A stretch of 64,000 bases of DNA from Haliotis rubra (GCF_003918875.1 NW_025767289.1:558001-622000), one strand, 5' to 3'. Positions 28,233 through 41,177 are shown, numbered from the stretch's first letter. The notes: generated from the letters alone by a model not told the origin. A program made the numbers and translations.

Positions 28233-28901
28233 TAGTGTTGGGAATTGGTTAAAATCTCATAATTGATGATTGGTTCAATACAACCGATCAATCATCGAAG
28301 ATAATTGGTTAGCGTCATTTATCAAGTCCTGATTATATTTGTTAATGCACCAAAAAATAAAGAAAAATACAACAAGTAGTTCTTTCGTGTGTTTTTTCTT
28401 TTGCAAATTGCACAAAATGCATTTGCAATTTTCTATAAGTTATTTTCAATCATGACTTGGTACGAGCTTGTAGTGCTTATGAAATGTAACAGACAAAACC
28501 AACCTTGTGAAAAATATTGTTAATGCAAACAAGTGTTCCATAACTTCCAAAATTGTTTGCGTTCGATTATGAAAAGACCCGTGAAGGTCCGGGTTAGAAT
28601 GAATCTTCAGCAACCCATGCTTGTCGTAAGAGGCGACTAACGGGATCGGGTGGTCAAGCTCGCTGGCTTGGTTTACACATGTCATCAGTTCCCAATTGCG
28701 TCGATCGATGCTCACGCTGTTGATCACTGGATTGTCTGGTCCAGACTCGACTATTTACAGACAGCCACCATATAGCTTGAATATTGCTGAGTGTGGCGTA
28801 AAACTAAACTCACTCACTCACTCGATTATGAGAAAACATGATCGATTGCTTGGTCGTTTAGTCACTGCGACCAATTATTTCAAATAATCGGACCACCACT
28901 A
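28233..28901. mobile_element. hAT-like MITE carrying a SINE A copy
   Basis: TAGTG...CACTA termini and an exact 8-bp TSD ATGTATTT on both sides. Confidence 0.85.
28576..28823 (+). mobile_element. SINE family A, full length
   Basis: Homologous to the other copies. TSD tcgattatgaaaa / tcgattatgagaa. Confidence 0.93.
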
Positions 28902-29524
28902 ATGTATTTGCAGGTCGTGAATGTTCGTTAATTTCATTTTCCAATGGAGCAACATTATTGTTCAACACACTATACATCTCTAGACAAACCTATAAAGGAT
29001 CCGGATTATCGTGTGAAGCTGGCGGAAAGTGTTTGAGAAAGGTATCCCATCCTCGAGTACATACGACATAAGTCAGGTCGAATCGCTGTCACTCTTGTAC
29101 AAGATACAGCCAGACTTCTAGAACCTGTCCCTTCATGCCAGGTTCGTCAACAGCTCGGGACATTACCCCCGATGTCTGCTGCTAAAATAATGCCATAATA
29201 CTCCATATTATAACAGTGGTTCAACATTTTGCTGCCAATGACAATTACTAGACATAACCTAGACAAATCACAACGACCCATAAGGTTACGTGTGCATTAT
29301 AAGGCATCGGTTGGTCATGAAGGAAGAAAGAAAACATTGGTAACAAATAGTTGTAACGTGCATACATAAATTGTTCTTTAACATGTTGAATAAACATATG
29401 GTCCCCGAATTTCACATTGTAAACTAATGTTCCGTCGGTATGAATGCTGACAGGCAAAGGTACATAATTGATCACATGGCCTAAATTACCTCATTGTTAA
29501 TGCGTGTAAGCAGGTAAATGTAGT

Positions 29525-31280
29525 CAGAACATATGTAACCTGGGTGATTAGTCTACACTAATGCAAGTAGGGGGCTAAATGCTAACAGAACATATGTAAC
29601 CTGGTGATTTCTACACTAATTCAAGTAGGGAGCTAAATGCTAACAGAACATATGTAACCTGGTGATGTCTACACTAATGCAAGTAGGTAGCTAAATGCTA
29701 ACAGAACATATGTAACCTGGTGATGTCTACACTAATGCAAGTAGGGGGCTAAATGCTTACAGAACATATGTAACCTGGTGATGTCTACACTAATGCAAGT
29801 AGGGGGCTAAATGCTAACAGAACATATGTAGCCTGGTGATGTCTACACTAATGCAAGTAGGGGGCTAAATGCTAACAGAACATATGTAACCTGGTGATGT
29901 CTACACTAATGCAAGTAGGTAGCTACATGCTAACAGAACATATGTAACCTGGTGATGTCTACACTAATGCAAGTAGGGAGCTAAATGCTAACAGAACATG
30001 TGTAACCTGGTGATGTCTACACTAATGCAAGTAGGGAGCTAAATGCTAACAGAACATATGTAACCTGGGTGATGTCTACACTAATGCAAGTAGGGGGCTA
30101 AATGCTAACAGAACATATGTAGCCTGGTGATGTCTACACTAATGCAAGTAGGGGGCTAAATGCTAACAGGACATATGTAACCTGGTGATGTCTACACTAA
30201 TGCAAGTAGGTAGCTATATGCAAACAGAACATATGTAACCTGGTGATGTCTACACTAATGCAAGTAGGGGGCTAAATGCTTACAGAACATATGTAACCTG
30301 GTGATGTCTACACTAATGCAAGTAGGGAGCTAAATGCTAACAGAACATGTGTAACCTGGTGATGTCTACACTAATGCAAGTAGGGAGCTAAATGCTAACA
30401 GAACATATGTAACCTGGGTGATGTCTACACTAATGCAAGTAGGGGGCTAAATGCTAACAGAACATATGTAGCCTGGTGATGTCTACACTAATGCAAGTAG
30501 GGGGCTAAATGCTAATAGAACATATGTAACCTGGTGATGTCTACACTAATGCAAGTAGGGGGCTAAATGCTAACAGAACATATGTAACCTGGTGATGTCT
30601 ACACTAATGCAAGTAGGGGGCTAAATGCTAACAAAACATATGTAACCTGGTGATGTCTACACTAATGCAAGTAGAGGGCTAAATGGAAACAGAACATATG
30701 TAACCTGGTGATGTCTACACTAATGCAAGAAGGGGGCTAAATGCTAACAGAACATATGTAACCTGGTGATGTCTACACTAATGCAAGTAGGGGGCTAAAT
30801 GTTAACAGAACATATGTAACCTGGTGATGTCTACACTAATGCAAGTAGGGAGCTAAATGCTAACAGAACATATGTAACCTGGTGATGTCTACACTAATGC
30901 AAGTAGGTTGCTAAATGCTAACAAAACATATGTAACCTGGTGATGTCTACACTAATGCAAGTAGGGGGCTAAATGCAAACAGAACATATGTAACCTGGTG
31001 ATGTCTACACTAATGCAAGAAGGGGGCTAAATGCTAACAGAACATATGTAACCTGGTGATGTCTACACTAATGCAAGTAGGGGGCTAAATGCTTACAGAA
31101 CATATGTAACCTGGTGATGTCTACACTAATGCAAGTAGGGAGCTAAATGCTAACAGAACATATGTAACCTGGTGATGTCTACACTAATGTAAGTAGGGGG
31201 CTAAATGCAAACAGAACATATGTAACCTGGTGATGTCTTCACTAATGCAAGTAGGGAGCTAAATGCAAACAGAACATATA
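29525..31280. repeat. Minisatellite, 58-bp unit, about 30 copies
   Basis: aacagaacatatgtaacctggtgatgtctacactaatgcaagtagggggctaaatgct repeated. Confidence 0.98.
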
Positions 31281-31995
31281 TTCAACACTACCTTTGAGTG
31301 ATGTCTACGTCAATGCAAGTGGCAGGTAAATGTAATGAAAACCTAAGTGAAAATGTCAAAGTTTATGATGAAAGACAGGTACATAGATGTATACTACGAC
31401 ATTCAATACGGAAATTGATGACGTGTTTCGCTGTCGATGGGATGTACATTTACAATATACATTTACAAATGTACATACCTGATTCTTTGGTAAAATATTT
31501 TCTTAAAAACAGCATTAATATTAAAAAGTGTTTTTATTCTGCCTTGTCACAAACATTGTGCATGTGTTTCCAAAACACCACAGATATCGTACCAAATTAC
31601 AACATTACTAGCAAAATATTTATGGTCTTTTTGGGAACAGTCCCAAAACACCAGGTGTGTACAGGTGTGTATTTATTAATCAGAACATTATGTTAAAAGC
31701 TCATGATGAGAGCCAACACTAGGTTAGAGCCACATCATGTAAAGATTATAAAATGTGTTGCTAATAGAGTTATGCTCCTTTTAATTGCATTACCTTCAAA
31801 ACCATTAGAGAGTAACAAGTGCAGGATCACTTTTGAATCAGGAGTTATGGCAATCAAGATCAACGAAAGCTTTATCTTTGCTTTACGTTGGTTATCCGGT
31901 TTGATCAGTTTACAGCCAGGATAGTTCAATTGTTCAGTTTGCTGAGTGTAGGCGAGATACTAAAGGAATCTGCCTCTGCAAACCCTTGCGTGTCT

Positions 31996-32937
31996 TCATA
32001 GGTGTGTCTTCATGTGACTCTCGTCCACATACCTGTACCGTTTATCAGACACACTTCCATTCTCTCTCACTACGCTCCACGTGTACTTCTGTCGACCGCG
32101 GTTGAATCTAGCAACGCGTGGGTCCTCAAACCCATCGTCATCGGCAGCACCGCCCATCATGTCGTTTGGTACTGTAACATCACTTCCATGGCCATCTATG
32201 TTGAGGGGCAGATCGATGTTGGATCTTCTCAGAACTTCATTACGAAAAACTGACGGCGGTACTAAAACAGGTTTGTTGATATTATTCACACGATCTGGAC
32301 TATTGTCTGTTTCCGGTGTGTCGCGGAAGTAGACAGGTGAAGTCTGTCCTCGTTTCGAATTCAACTCACTAACCCTATCCAAATATGTCATTGGGCGTGG
32401 CGAATACCTCCCCAGTGGAGGGGCGTGAGCTGGTGCTGTGTTAGGCTGCAGTTGTTCAGTTTCACGACTCTCAGGCAATACAGGCTGTACAGGCGTGGTG
32501 ATACGCCCAGGGAAGTCACGCCTATTTTTGACGTTTCTAGTGTCAGCTTGATAATCATGTAATTCAAAGTCAGCAATATTCGGCATGGAAGCATATTGGG
32601 AGGACATTACTTTAGGTACCGAGGCCGAAGCAGTAGCCCTTGGCAACCCATACAAAAAGTACAACGTGTCTCCCATTGGGTATTTAGGTGATGGAGGCAT
32701 GCCGTATGTGTGTCGAATATGGTATGTCTGTTCCCTTTGCATGTCAGGGTTTTCTATGTAACGATGAGTAAGGCTTTGTGTATCCATAAAGGAGTTGTAT
32801 GCCTGCCGCTCAGTGTTCGGACTTGCTCCATCCATGCCGTGTATCAGTTCCTGGTTGACAGACATCCGCCACAATGCCCATTTATGTAGTCGGTCCTGTC
32901 CCGACTGGGGATGGCGCAACTCGTCCGGTGACGTCAT
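31996..32937 (-). CDS. Uncharacterised 313-aa Pro/Arg-rich protein (terminal coding exon)
   Basis: Non-repetitive 942-nt ORF, GC-richer than its flanks. Acceptor tttgacag| opens the exon at 32961. AATAAA lies downstream at about 31675. No recognisable domain. Confidence 0.8.
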   Translation of the reverse strand: MTSPDELRHPQSGQDRLHKWALWRMSVNQELIHGMDGASPNTERQAYNSFMDTQSLTHRYIENPDMQREQTYHIRHTYGMPPSPKYPMGDTLYFLYGLPRATASASVPKVMSSQYASMPNIADFELHDYQADTRNVKNRRDFPGRITTPVQPVLPESRETEQLQPNTAPAHAPPLGRYSPRPMTYLDRVSELNSKRGQTSPVYFRDTPETDNSPDRVNNINKPVLVPPSVFRNEVLRRSNIDLPLNIDGHGSDVTVPNDMMGGAADDDGFEDPRVARFNRGRQKYTWSVVRENGSVSDKRYRYVDESHMKTHL

Positions 32938-33009
32938 TACATTACCCAGGGACTGATAAACCTGTCAAATGAGAAAAGTGATTTACATGAGGTCAGCAGG
33001 AAATCAAAC

Positions 33010-33210
33010 CCTCACACACTCACTCACACCCACCACAACTCACACTGGCGCCCAAACTCTCACTCGCACTTGCACGCCGGCACACACGCACGCCCACAGA
33101 CACACATACACAGACACTCACTCACATACTCACACTAACATAGCAAGAAAGAAAATGCGCGCACGCGCATGCACGCACGCACGCGCGCACACACACACAC
33201 ACACACACAA
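33010..33210. repeat. Compound (CA)n/(CG)n microsatellite
   Basis: Imperfect CA/CACT/CGCA runs. Confidence 0.9.
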
Positions 33211-33265
33211 ATAAACCAGATGTCGAGGAAGTTATGTTGCCAAATGAAGAAGTATATTGTCGCGA

Positions 33266-33437
33266 GGGCTGTATATTTTGAATGCAGTGAAGGCTGTATA
33301 TTTTGAGTACATGAATACAGTGAAGGCTGTATATTTTGTATACATGAATACAGTGAAGGCTGTATATTTTGTATACATGAATACAGTAAAGGCTGTATAT
33401 TTTGTATACATTAATACAGTGAAAGGCTGTATATTTT
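33266..33437. repeat. Minisatellite, 33-bp unit, about 5 copies
   Basis: gaaggctgtatattttgtatacatgaatacagt repeated. Confidence 0.93.
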
Positions 33438-33739
33438 ACAAACGAATTTCGTCAAGGCGGGAAATTTTCAGAACCTAATTTATAATTTGTCATAGATGTA
33501 GATAGGTGATCTTTGCCAGAGCAGCAGTCATTTCAGACAGTTGTGATGTCATGTCTCGGTGCTATAAATAGCTACGGTGTGCACATGTAATTAATAAACA
33601 GCTTTTGCGACAAGTGAGCTACACGATTCTTCAGTTTAAGAGTGTAACTTCTCCATGCATTTCTTACTCAGACGCCGATAATTTTTTACTTTTCATATAC
33701 GTCATGGTTGTGGTAAAATAATGACGTCAACAATTACAG

Positions 33740-35035
33740 ATTTCGTATGGTTTACCTAAAGTACGCAAAGAGGCATGCTTGGAAATGGTACTGATGGTTA
33801 TATTGAAACAGAACACCCTGATGATCTGACACGTAGGCCGATTGCGGGAAAGTGTTGATACACGTCAATTGAGCACATTTGATTGATATAGTGCTTCAAA
33901 CCTTTCATATAAAAGATCACAGTTCTAACAGAGATACGAGGGATTTCATTAACTATTCACCTCAACAAATCAAGCACAAAACCAAACTTGATACTTTTGA
34001 CAGCAAAAGATTGTATTCCAATATTCCACCTGACTCACTGATTGAAACAGCATTATTCTGGTACGTATACACATAGTTCCCACAAGGAATTCATCAGAGA
34101 GTGTTAAATTCTTTTGAATAACAATACGGGGGAATATTATTGACACATAAAGGGAATTCCCGTATTACCCGAGGGAGAAGCATACAACGTATTTATCTTA
34201 CCGCCACGTTAAATGTACAAAATATCATTTTATTTCATCTTGAAGATCGCTACCCACTTTATTACATGTAAACAAAATGGGGGGTCTGCCTCTCGACTGG
34301 ATTTTTGAAATCAGTGACACATATTCTGACAAGATTAAAACTGCTATGAAAATGGTTAGTTATGTTTAAGTTGAGTGTGCAAACGATTCAATGTATACAA
34401 TAGTTTAAATAAATCAGTGAAAGTCGGTAAAATAAATGTGTACAAAGTGAACTCAACAACAGCTGATCGAACGGTTTTCGAACTCCGGGTACTGCATGCG
34501 TCATATTATGACGTCATACCATTGTTAGCTATACAGCTTCTCAGCGGAGAGTTTGGCGGTTACCGTGGCAGCGGGTAAATTTTTTTTCCAGTTGTCACCC
34601 TCCTGGGACCAATGAAATTAAAGTATTTTACACGAAGGTAAGATAAAATGGCATCCACTTACGTGACGTTAGTTTGGGGATACTTAGAACGAACTCTGAA
34701 AACCAAAGTGAGAGAACAGTTGGGATCTGTCGGGTAATACAATAGTAACGTGGCGACATTTCCTTTACGATAACTTTATGCTGTGGCCCGTAAATTAACC
34801 CATAACATTAACCCATAACAACTACTTTGAACAAACATCTGGACTTTACCATGGTCTCCCGTCACTCTGAAATTCCTTTTTGGGACCCAAGGGTATAAAT
34901 ATGTAGACACAATCTAGCTAGAAACAGGTATATGCTGTAAACCTATAGATACTAAGTAATATGTACATTTTCCATCCCAAGTCACCCGAGTCACACAAAA
35001 AGAAACAGTCCCTATATTTTAGCAAGGCGTGCCTT
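33740..35035 (+). mobile_element. Penelope-like element RT relic interrupted by a non-autonomous element
   Basis: YGLPKVRK, RPIA, DTRDFIN, TFDSKRLYSNIP; after the insertion, CKPIDTK*YVHF and SHPSHTKRNSPYILARR. Confidence 0.75.
34162..34740. mobile_element. Non-autonomous element with inverted ends
   Basis: gtattacccga ... tcgggtaatac inverted pair. It interrupts the Penelope RT. Confidence 0.55.
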
Positions 35036-35749
35036 CATGATGGTGTCAAATATATATGTCTACAAGGTACGCGCGACTTGCGGATTTAAATCTTATCTAC
35101 AATCCCGTGGAAGGCCGATTCTACTTTGGGAGATGGAAGAAATATAGATTGAAGAAAGACACCCTTCAAAGTGCGAAAGCAGTGTGATAAGCAAACCAAA
35201 TAACGCTATCAATATAGCCTATGTATCTCCATAATCCCCAACTTTTCCATAACATTAGACAACATGCTCCAATTTTAAATGCTGATGTTAAAATGAATCT
35301 AATTATTTGTATACAATTCGTGTTGTGTCATTATTTCGTGTATTCCTTTTTCGTATTAGTATGTATGTATGTTTGTGTGCGTGCGTGCGTGCATGCGTGC
35401 GTGCATGCGTGCGTGCGTGCGTGCCTATGCATATGTGTGTGTGCATTTACTTTCTTGCTACATGTTGTACGTACTTTTAGGTTTTTTCATAGACCTAGAT
35501 ACGTTTCCACAACATATCATGCCAGCAGGACTATAACTTCTTAAATGTGGCGTAATGACGACGGTGATATGATAAATAGCATACCTCGCATTTCTAGTTG
35601 GCTGGTTGCCCATGTTTCGTGTTTATTATTGACAAAAAACTTACTGATCTGTATTTTACAATCTATATAATGCCGACTGTAAAACACATCATTGAATTCG
35701 ATTTTCTATACAACTTGAAACCTGACACACTTTGGCGCTGGTGACAAAT

Positions 35750-35795
35750 CGTCATGGCGTCACGTGACGGATGTAACATAGTACCCGGAAGTTGC
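35750..35795. promoter_or_regulatory. Candidate promoter motif cluster
   Basis: CATGGCG (YY1-like), 12-bp palindrome CGTCACGTGACG (E-box) and CCGGAAGT (ETS) within 45 bp, just upstream of a candidate minus-strand first exon (donor at 35585). Confidence 0.5.
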
Positions 35796-36244
35796 AGTAG
35801 TCATGTTTGTGTCTCTGGGTTGCCACAGCGTTGTCGAACACGGAGGAGCTAATTGGAAGGTTTGTCATCACGGAAGAAGTATCCTGTTTCAGTCAATATA
35901 TAACTGCGTCGTAACCTGTTTTCAAGTGAATCTGTGTCGCTCACTATCTGCGTAAATGCTATATGTGGCTATTCACCACACGGTTACCTGATACCTTGCT
36001 ATTGTGACCAGGGGGCGCCTGCACCGACCTGGCTGGTTGTTATATGTACAGTCACTGAAGAAGGCCACATATCTATCAGTGTATGTTTCACATCTGTTGG
36101 TACATTGGTATGCACATCTAGTAGTCATCTACAGGTAAATTTGTATGTAGCTATATAACACATACCTATAGGTTCATGTTTGACTTGTGTGCATATATCA
36201 CAAACAACTATAGGTGTATGTATTAGTTTGTTAAGATAATTGCC

Positions 36245-36392
36245 TCTGTTCCCCCAGCACTGAATGGGTACCCGGTGGGATATGTCACATGATTGCTTTG
36301 GTTATCCGGGGTCATAATGTGTTAGCACTTGAGCATGCACAAGCGCTTTGAAAGAGGAGCTTTATAAAAAGCCATTATTATTATTATTATTA
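36245..36392 (+). mobile_element. SINE/LINE 3' fragment with L2-type tail
   Basis: tgaatgggtacc core, then an L2-like tail ending in (ATT)n. Confidence 0.5.
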
Positions 36393-37761
36393 TCTTAACT
36401 GTGTCAGCCACTAGTGAAGGAGGTTATACTGTATCACTGACACTATGTACGTAAATATACCTATCAATGGACATTTGACAGAACATCCAACACATCACTA
36501 CTTAATTCTACACGACGCGGGCCCTCCAGCCGCCTCTCCAGCACGATGTCACTACGTACGTGTAATGACTTCAGGTTTCCGAACACATAAACCTCTCATT
36601 TTGACGACAGATCTGAGCGCTGAACTGCGGCAGTCTGGTTGTTGCCTCACTGTGGTGACATTAGTCATCCAGTCTCGGGGAGGCATGTCCGCCGTGGGAC
36701 TGACAAAGCTGAATATGCTTGTCTAACGCTTTCGCGGTCATTTAACAAACAGTAGCGGGGACAAATCGGCCATTGGTTCGAGACGGATAAAACATTTTAC
36801 TGCTATCCCTCGACAAGCCACATATTTGGTGACAAATGAATTCACTACTGTGCTTGCCTGTTGAATACGTGGAATAGGGTCAGGCGATTCAATATCATGT
36901 TGGTGTCAAAGCTAGTACTGTATACCACACATATATTGCATTATGTGGAAGGCAAACAGAACAGCAAAGCTTATAGAAAAGGTCAACTCATTTCAAAATT
37001 GCAGCAGAGGTCATTGTAATACCATATTGCTCCAGTGAAGCCCATCGTTACATCTCAATATTACAGTTGAGGCATTTATGACTGCATGATGTTATAGCAG
37101 ATATCATTGTAACATCATAATATTTATTGTAGAGGACATCACATATGACAACCATCACGATATTATGGTAGAATTTAAACAACCACTGAAAACACTTAGT
37201 ATGTGACCTACAAAGGAAATGACAGTAGCATGTGGTTTGTGATTACATGGCATTCTGTCGTTTCAACAGTTTGAGTGTATTACTTCACATCAGTGATAAA
37301 ACCTGATTCCTACCTGTGACGTGTTTCATTCCCAGCTTGAGGTATCACGGAGACACGCGCCAAGCGCTGACTCGTGCTTGTACATTTCCCTGAGTGAGAG
37401 ACAATGAGTCCCGCGAGGCGCATGTTCATATACATGACAGATGTTGCCCCACATCATCGATTGTATGTCGGCAACTAGGCTTTGCTTTAACACCAGGTAC
37501 AGGCCTTACTACTCAGGTAATGCCCACACGGCAGATTATGTATGATTGCTTGCAAACAACCCACAAGTTCAGTACAGCAATATACCTCGTCAAGTCAGTA
37601 ATGTGTTTACATCAGATGTATATCTTGCCAGTAATGTGTATATCAGATGTATATCTTGTCCGCAATATGTGTACACCCGAGGTGTATCGAATCAAGAAAT
37701 AATTTGTTGATACCACATAACATCGAATGAGAAATGTAATGAAGATGTTTGTGGCATGGTA

Positions 37762-37900
37762 ACCTAAAACATAATATACATAGGTTGTAACGATCAAACA
37801 TATCGACCTAAAACATAATATACATAGGTTGTAACGATCAAACATATCGACCTAAAACATAATATACATAGGTTGTAACGATCAAACATATCGACCTAAA
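37762..37900. repeat. Minisatellite, 44-bp unit, 3 copies
   Basis: acctaaaacataatatacataggttgtaacgatcaaacatatcg repeated. Confidence 0.93.
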
Positions 37901-38635
37901 ATTGAAATGAACAATGATAATGACGGCATAAATTACTCCACTCAGGCACCTCAGACTCGACTCATTTAAATTAGCTAAGCTGCCCTCATCAAATGAAAGG
38001 TTACTCGTTCTTACCATGAACGGCGAGGAAGAAGGGCACTGAACAACCCGAAGTCTGGATTGATGTGGCTCTATAATGCCCACACGCTGTGGGCATGTGT
38101 TGACGTGGTTTGTGATATGTATAATCGACCCCTTCTACTTCCTCGTTGTTTCTTCATTGTGTTGATTACCCGAACCGAGCCTAGGCGTGTCTGTTACTTG
38201 AACACAGCATTAACGTTACCTGCCTGCAGTATAGCAGTAGGCCTAACGGTTGATTGTTATCGTTGAAATGGCACGTCACAAACAAGTGTAGTCTTTCATA
38301 GGCCGGCGTCTGGCGAAGGACCCGACTGACTACCCTGTTAGGGGCTGGAGCAGAGATATCAAAACAAGTGTGACAGCGCCAAATGACCGGAAGATAAGAG
38401 ATAATTACTAAATCGTTCAAGTACCGAAAACAAAAAATGTCGAGAGAAAGAAACTTGCTACTGATTGTTTTGTTCATCATATGCGCTATCACCTGCCATT
38501 TTTTAGATTTAAGTGATTTCAATGATATCGAAAAGCCAATGAAGACTGGTCAGCAGCTACTTGACCGGCTCAAAAGTTTCTGATTGTATCCTAACTTGGC
38601 CTTCGATTAATGAAGGACTAACGAGAAGGAGGACG

Positions 38636-40815
38636 TATACTGCGCACCAACAGATCAGACAAGGGCAGTTGTATACTGCACCTCTACAGATCAGACAAAG
38701 ACAGTTGTATACTGCGCCTCTACAGATCAGACAAAGACAGTTGTATACTGCGCCTCTACAGATCAGACAAAGACAGTTGTATACTGCGCCTCTACAGATC
38801 AGACAAAGACAGTTGTATACTGCGCCTCTACAGATCAGACAAAGACAGCTGTATACTGCGCCTCTACAGATCAGACAAAGACAGTTGTATACTGCGCCTC
38901 TACAGATCAGACAAAGGCTGCTGTATACTACACCTCTACAGATCAGACAAAGACAGTTGTATACTGCGCCTCTACAGATCAGATAAAGGCTGCTGTATAC
39001 TACACCTCTACAGATCAGACAAAGACAGTTGTATACTGCGCCTCTACAGATCAGACAAAGGCTGCTGTATACTACACCTCTACCAATCAGAAAAAGACAG
39101 TTGTATACTGCGCCTCTACAGATCAGACAAAGACAGCTGTATACTGCCCCTCTACAGATCAGACAAAGACAGCTGTATACTGCGCCTCTACAGATCAGAC
39201 AAAGACAGTTGTATACTGTGCCTCTACAGATCAGACAAAGACAGCTGTATACTGGGCCTCTACAGATCAGACGAAGGCAGTTATGTACAGCGCCTTTACA
39301 GATCAGACAAAGACAGTTGTATACTGCGCCTCTACAGATCAGACAAAGACAGTTGTATACTGGGCGTCTACAGATCAGACGAAGGCAGTTATGTACAGCG
39401 CCTTTACAGATCAGACAAAGACAGTTGTATACTGCGCCTCTACAGATCAGATAAAGACAGTTGTATACAGCGCCTCTACAGATCAGACAAAGACAGCTGT
39501 ACACTGCGCCTCTACCGATCAGACAAAGACAGCTGTATACTACACCTCTACAGATCAGACAAAGACAGTTGTATACTGCGCCTCTACAGATCAGACAAAG
39601 ACAGCTGTATACTACACCTCTACAGATCAGACAAAGACAGCTGTATACTACACTTCTACAGATCAGACAAAGACAGCTGTATACTGCGCCTCTACAGATC
39701 AGACAAAGGCTGCTGTATACTACACCTCTACAGATCAGACAAAGACAGTTGTATACAGCGCCTCTACAGATCAGACAAAGACAGCTGTATACTGCGCCTC
39801 TACAGATCAGACAAAGACAGATGTATACAGCGCCTCTACAGATCAGATAAAGACAGCTGTATACTGCACCTCTACCGATCAGACAAAGACCGCTGTATAC
39901 TCCGCCTCTACAGATCAGACAAAGACAGCTGCATACTGCGCCTCTACAGATCAGACAAAGATAGCTGTATACTGCGCCTCTACAGATCAGACGAAGGCAG
40001 TTGTATACTGCGCCTCTACAGATCAGACAAAGACAGCTGTGTAGTGCGCACCTACAGATCAGACGAAGGCAGTTATGTACAGCGCCTCTACAGATCAGAC
40101 AAAGACAGTTGTATACTGCGCCTCTACAGATCAGACAAAGACAGTTGTATACTGGGCCTCTACAGATCAGACAAAGACAGTTGTATACTGCGCCTCTACG
40201 CCTCTACAGATCAGACAAAGACAGCTGTATACTGCGCACCTACAGATCAGACAAAGACAGTTGTATATTGCGCCTCTACAGATCAGACAAAGACAGTTGT
40301 ATACTGCGCCTCTACAGATCAGACAAAGACAGTTGTATACTGCGCCTCTACAGATCAGACAAAGACAGCTGTATACTGCACCTCTACAGATCAGACAAAG
40401 ACAACTGTATACTGCGCCTCTACAGATCAGACAAAGACAGCTGTATACTGCGCACCTACAGATCAGACAAAGACAGTTGTATTCTCCTCCTCTACAGATC
40501 AGACAAAGACAGCTGTATACTGCGCCTCTACAGATCAGACAAAGACAGTTATATACAGTGCCTCTACAGATCAGACAAAGACAGCTGTATACTGCACCTC
40601 TACAGATCAGACAAAGACAGCTGTATACTGCGCCTCTACAGATCAGACAAAGACAGCTGTATACTGCGCCTCTACAGATCAGACAAAGACAGCTGTATAC
40701 TGCGCCTCTACAGATCAGACAAAGACAGTTGTATACTGCACCTCTACAGATCAGACAAAGATAGTTGTATACTGCGCCTCTACAGATTAGACAAAGACTG
40801 TTGTATACTGCATTT
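38636..40815. repeat. Minisatellite, 36-bp unit, about 60 copies
   Basis: tacagatcagacaaagacag(t/c)tgtatactgcgcctc repeated. Confidence 0.98.
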
Positions 40816-41177
40816 CTACACATCAGGCAACAGTGACGATTCTTCTTCCGGTCTTTTCCCACACATAGCTGTTGTATGCTGTTATGTCGGGATTTCTTTT
40901 CTTTTTCTGAGCTTCGTTTTCTTTTTAAAGCAATGTCTTTGTTAGTTGCCTTGATATTGCCCGCGGCTCTGACGATATATTGTCGGTTTTTTCGTACGAA
41001 GGCTCTCCCACTATCTTCTCATCTTGAAGCTGGCCGCATTGTTATCATACTCAATATGCTTCCGTCGGGCATACATGTTCCCCGACGCACACCTCGGATA
41101 GGATTGTAAATTTCAGTTTAGTCCTTACACTTAATACGGCATTGTTTTCTTTCGACGGCACATTTGGATTGGACACA

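Larger units (their letters stand above)
23700..28960 (-). mobile_element. Decayed CR1-type LINE (ORF1, APE, linker) fragmented by nested insertions
   Basis: ORF1 remnants LENEINEHSR...IVGV...EENTDEV, IVQFVSYWDR, VYINED (27800-28960). IAGDVEIN and APE N-terminus (26950-27150). DKPWFD and NHVNNMKHHAKENFY (24230-24420). Outer bounds approximate. Confidence 0.7.

Noticed and set aside
31298-31929. 132-aa and 73-aa plus-strand ORFs
   Set aside because: AT-rich and motif-free. They lie in the probable 3' UTR of the minus-strand gene.
38557-40945. Long Cys-rich and other repeat ORFs (CLCLICRGAVYN, YTAPLQIRQRQL)
   Set aside because: The 36-bp unit is a multiple of 3 and is open in several frames on both strands. 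There are no unique flanking domains or splice support.
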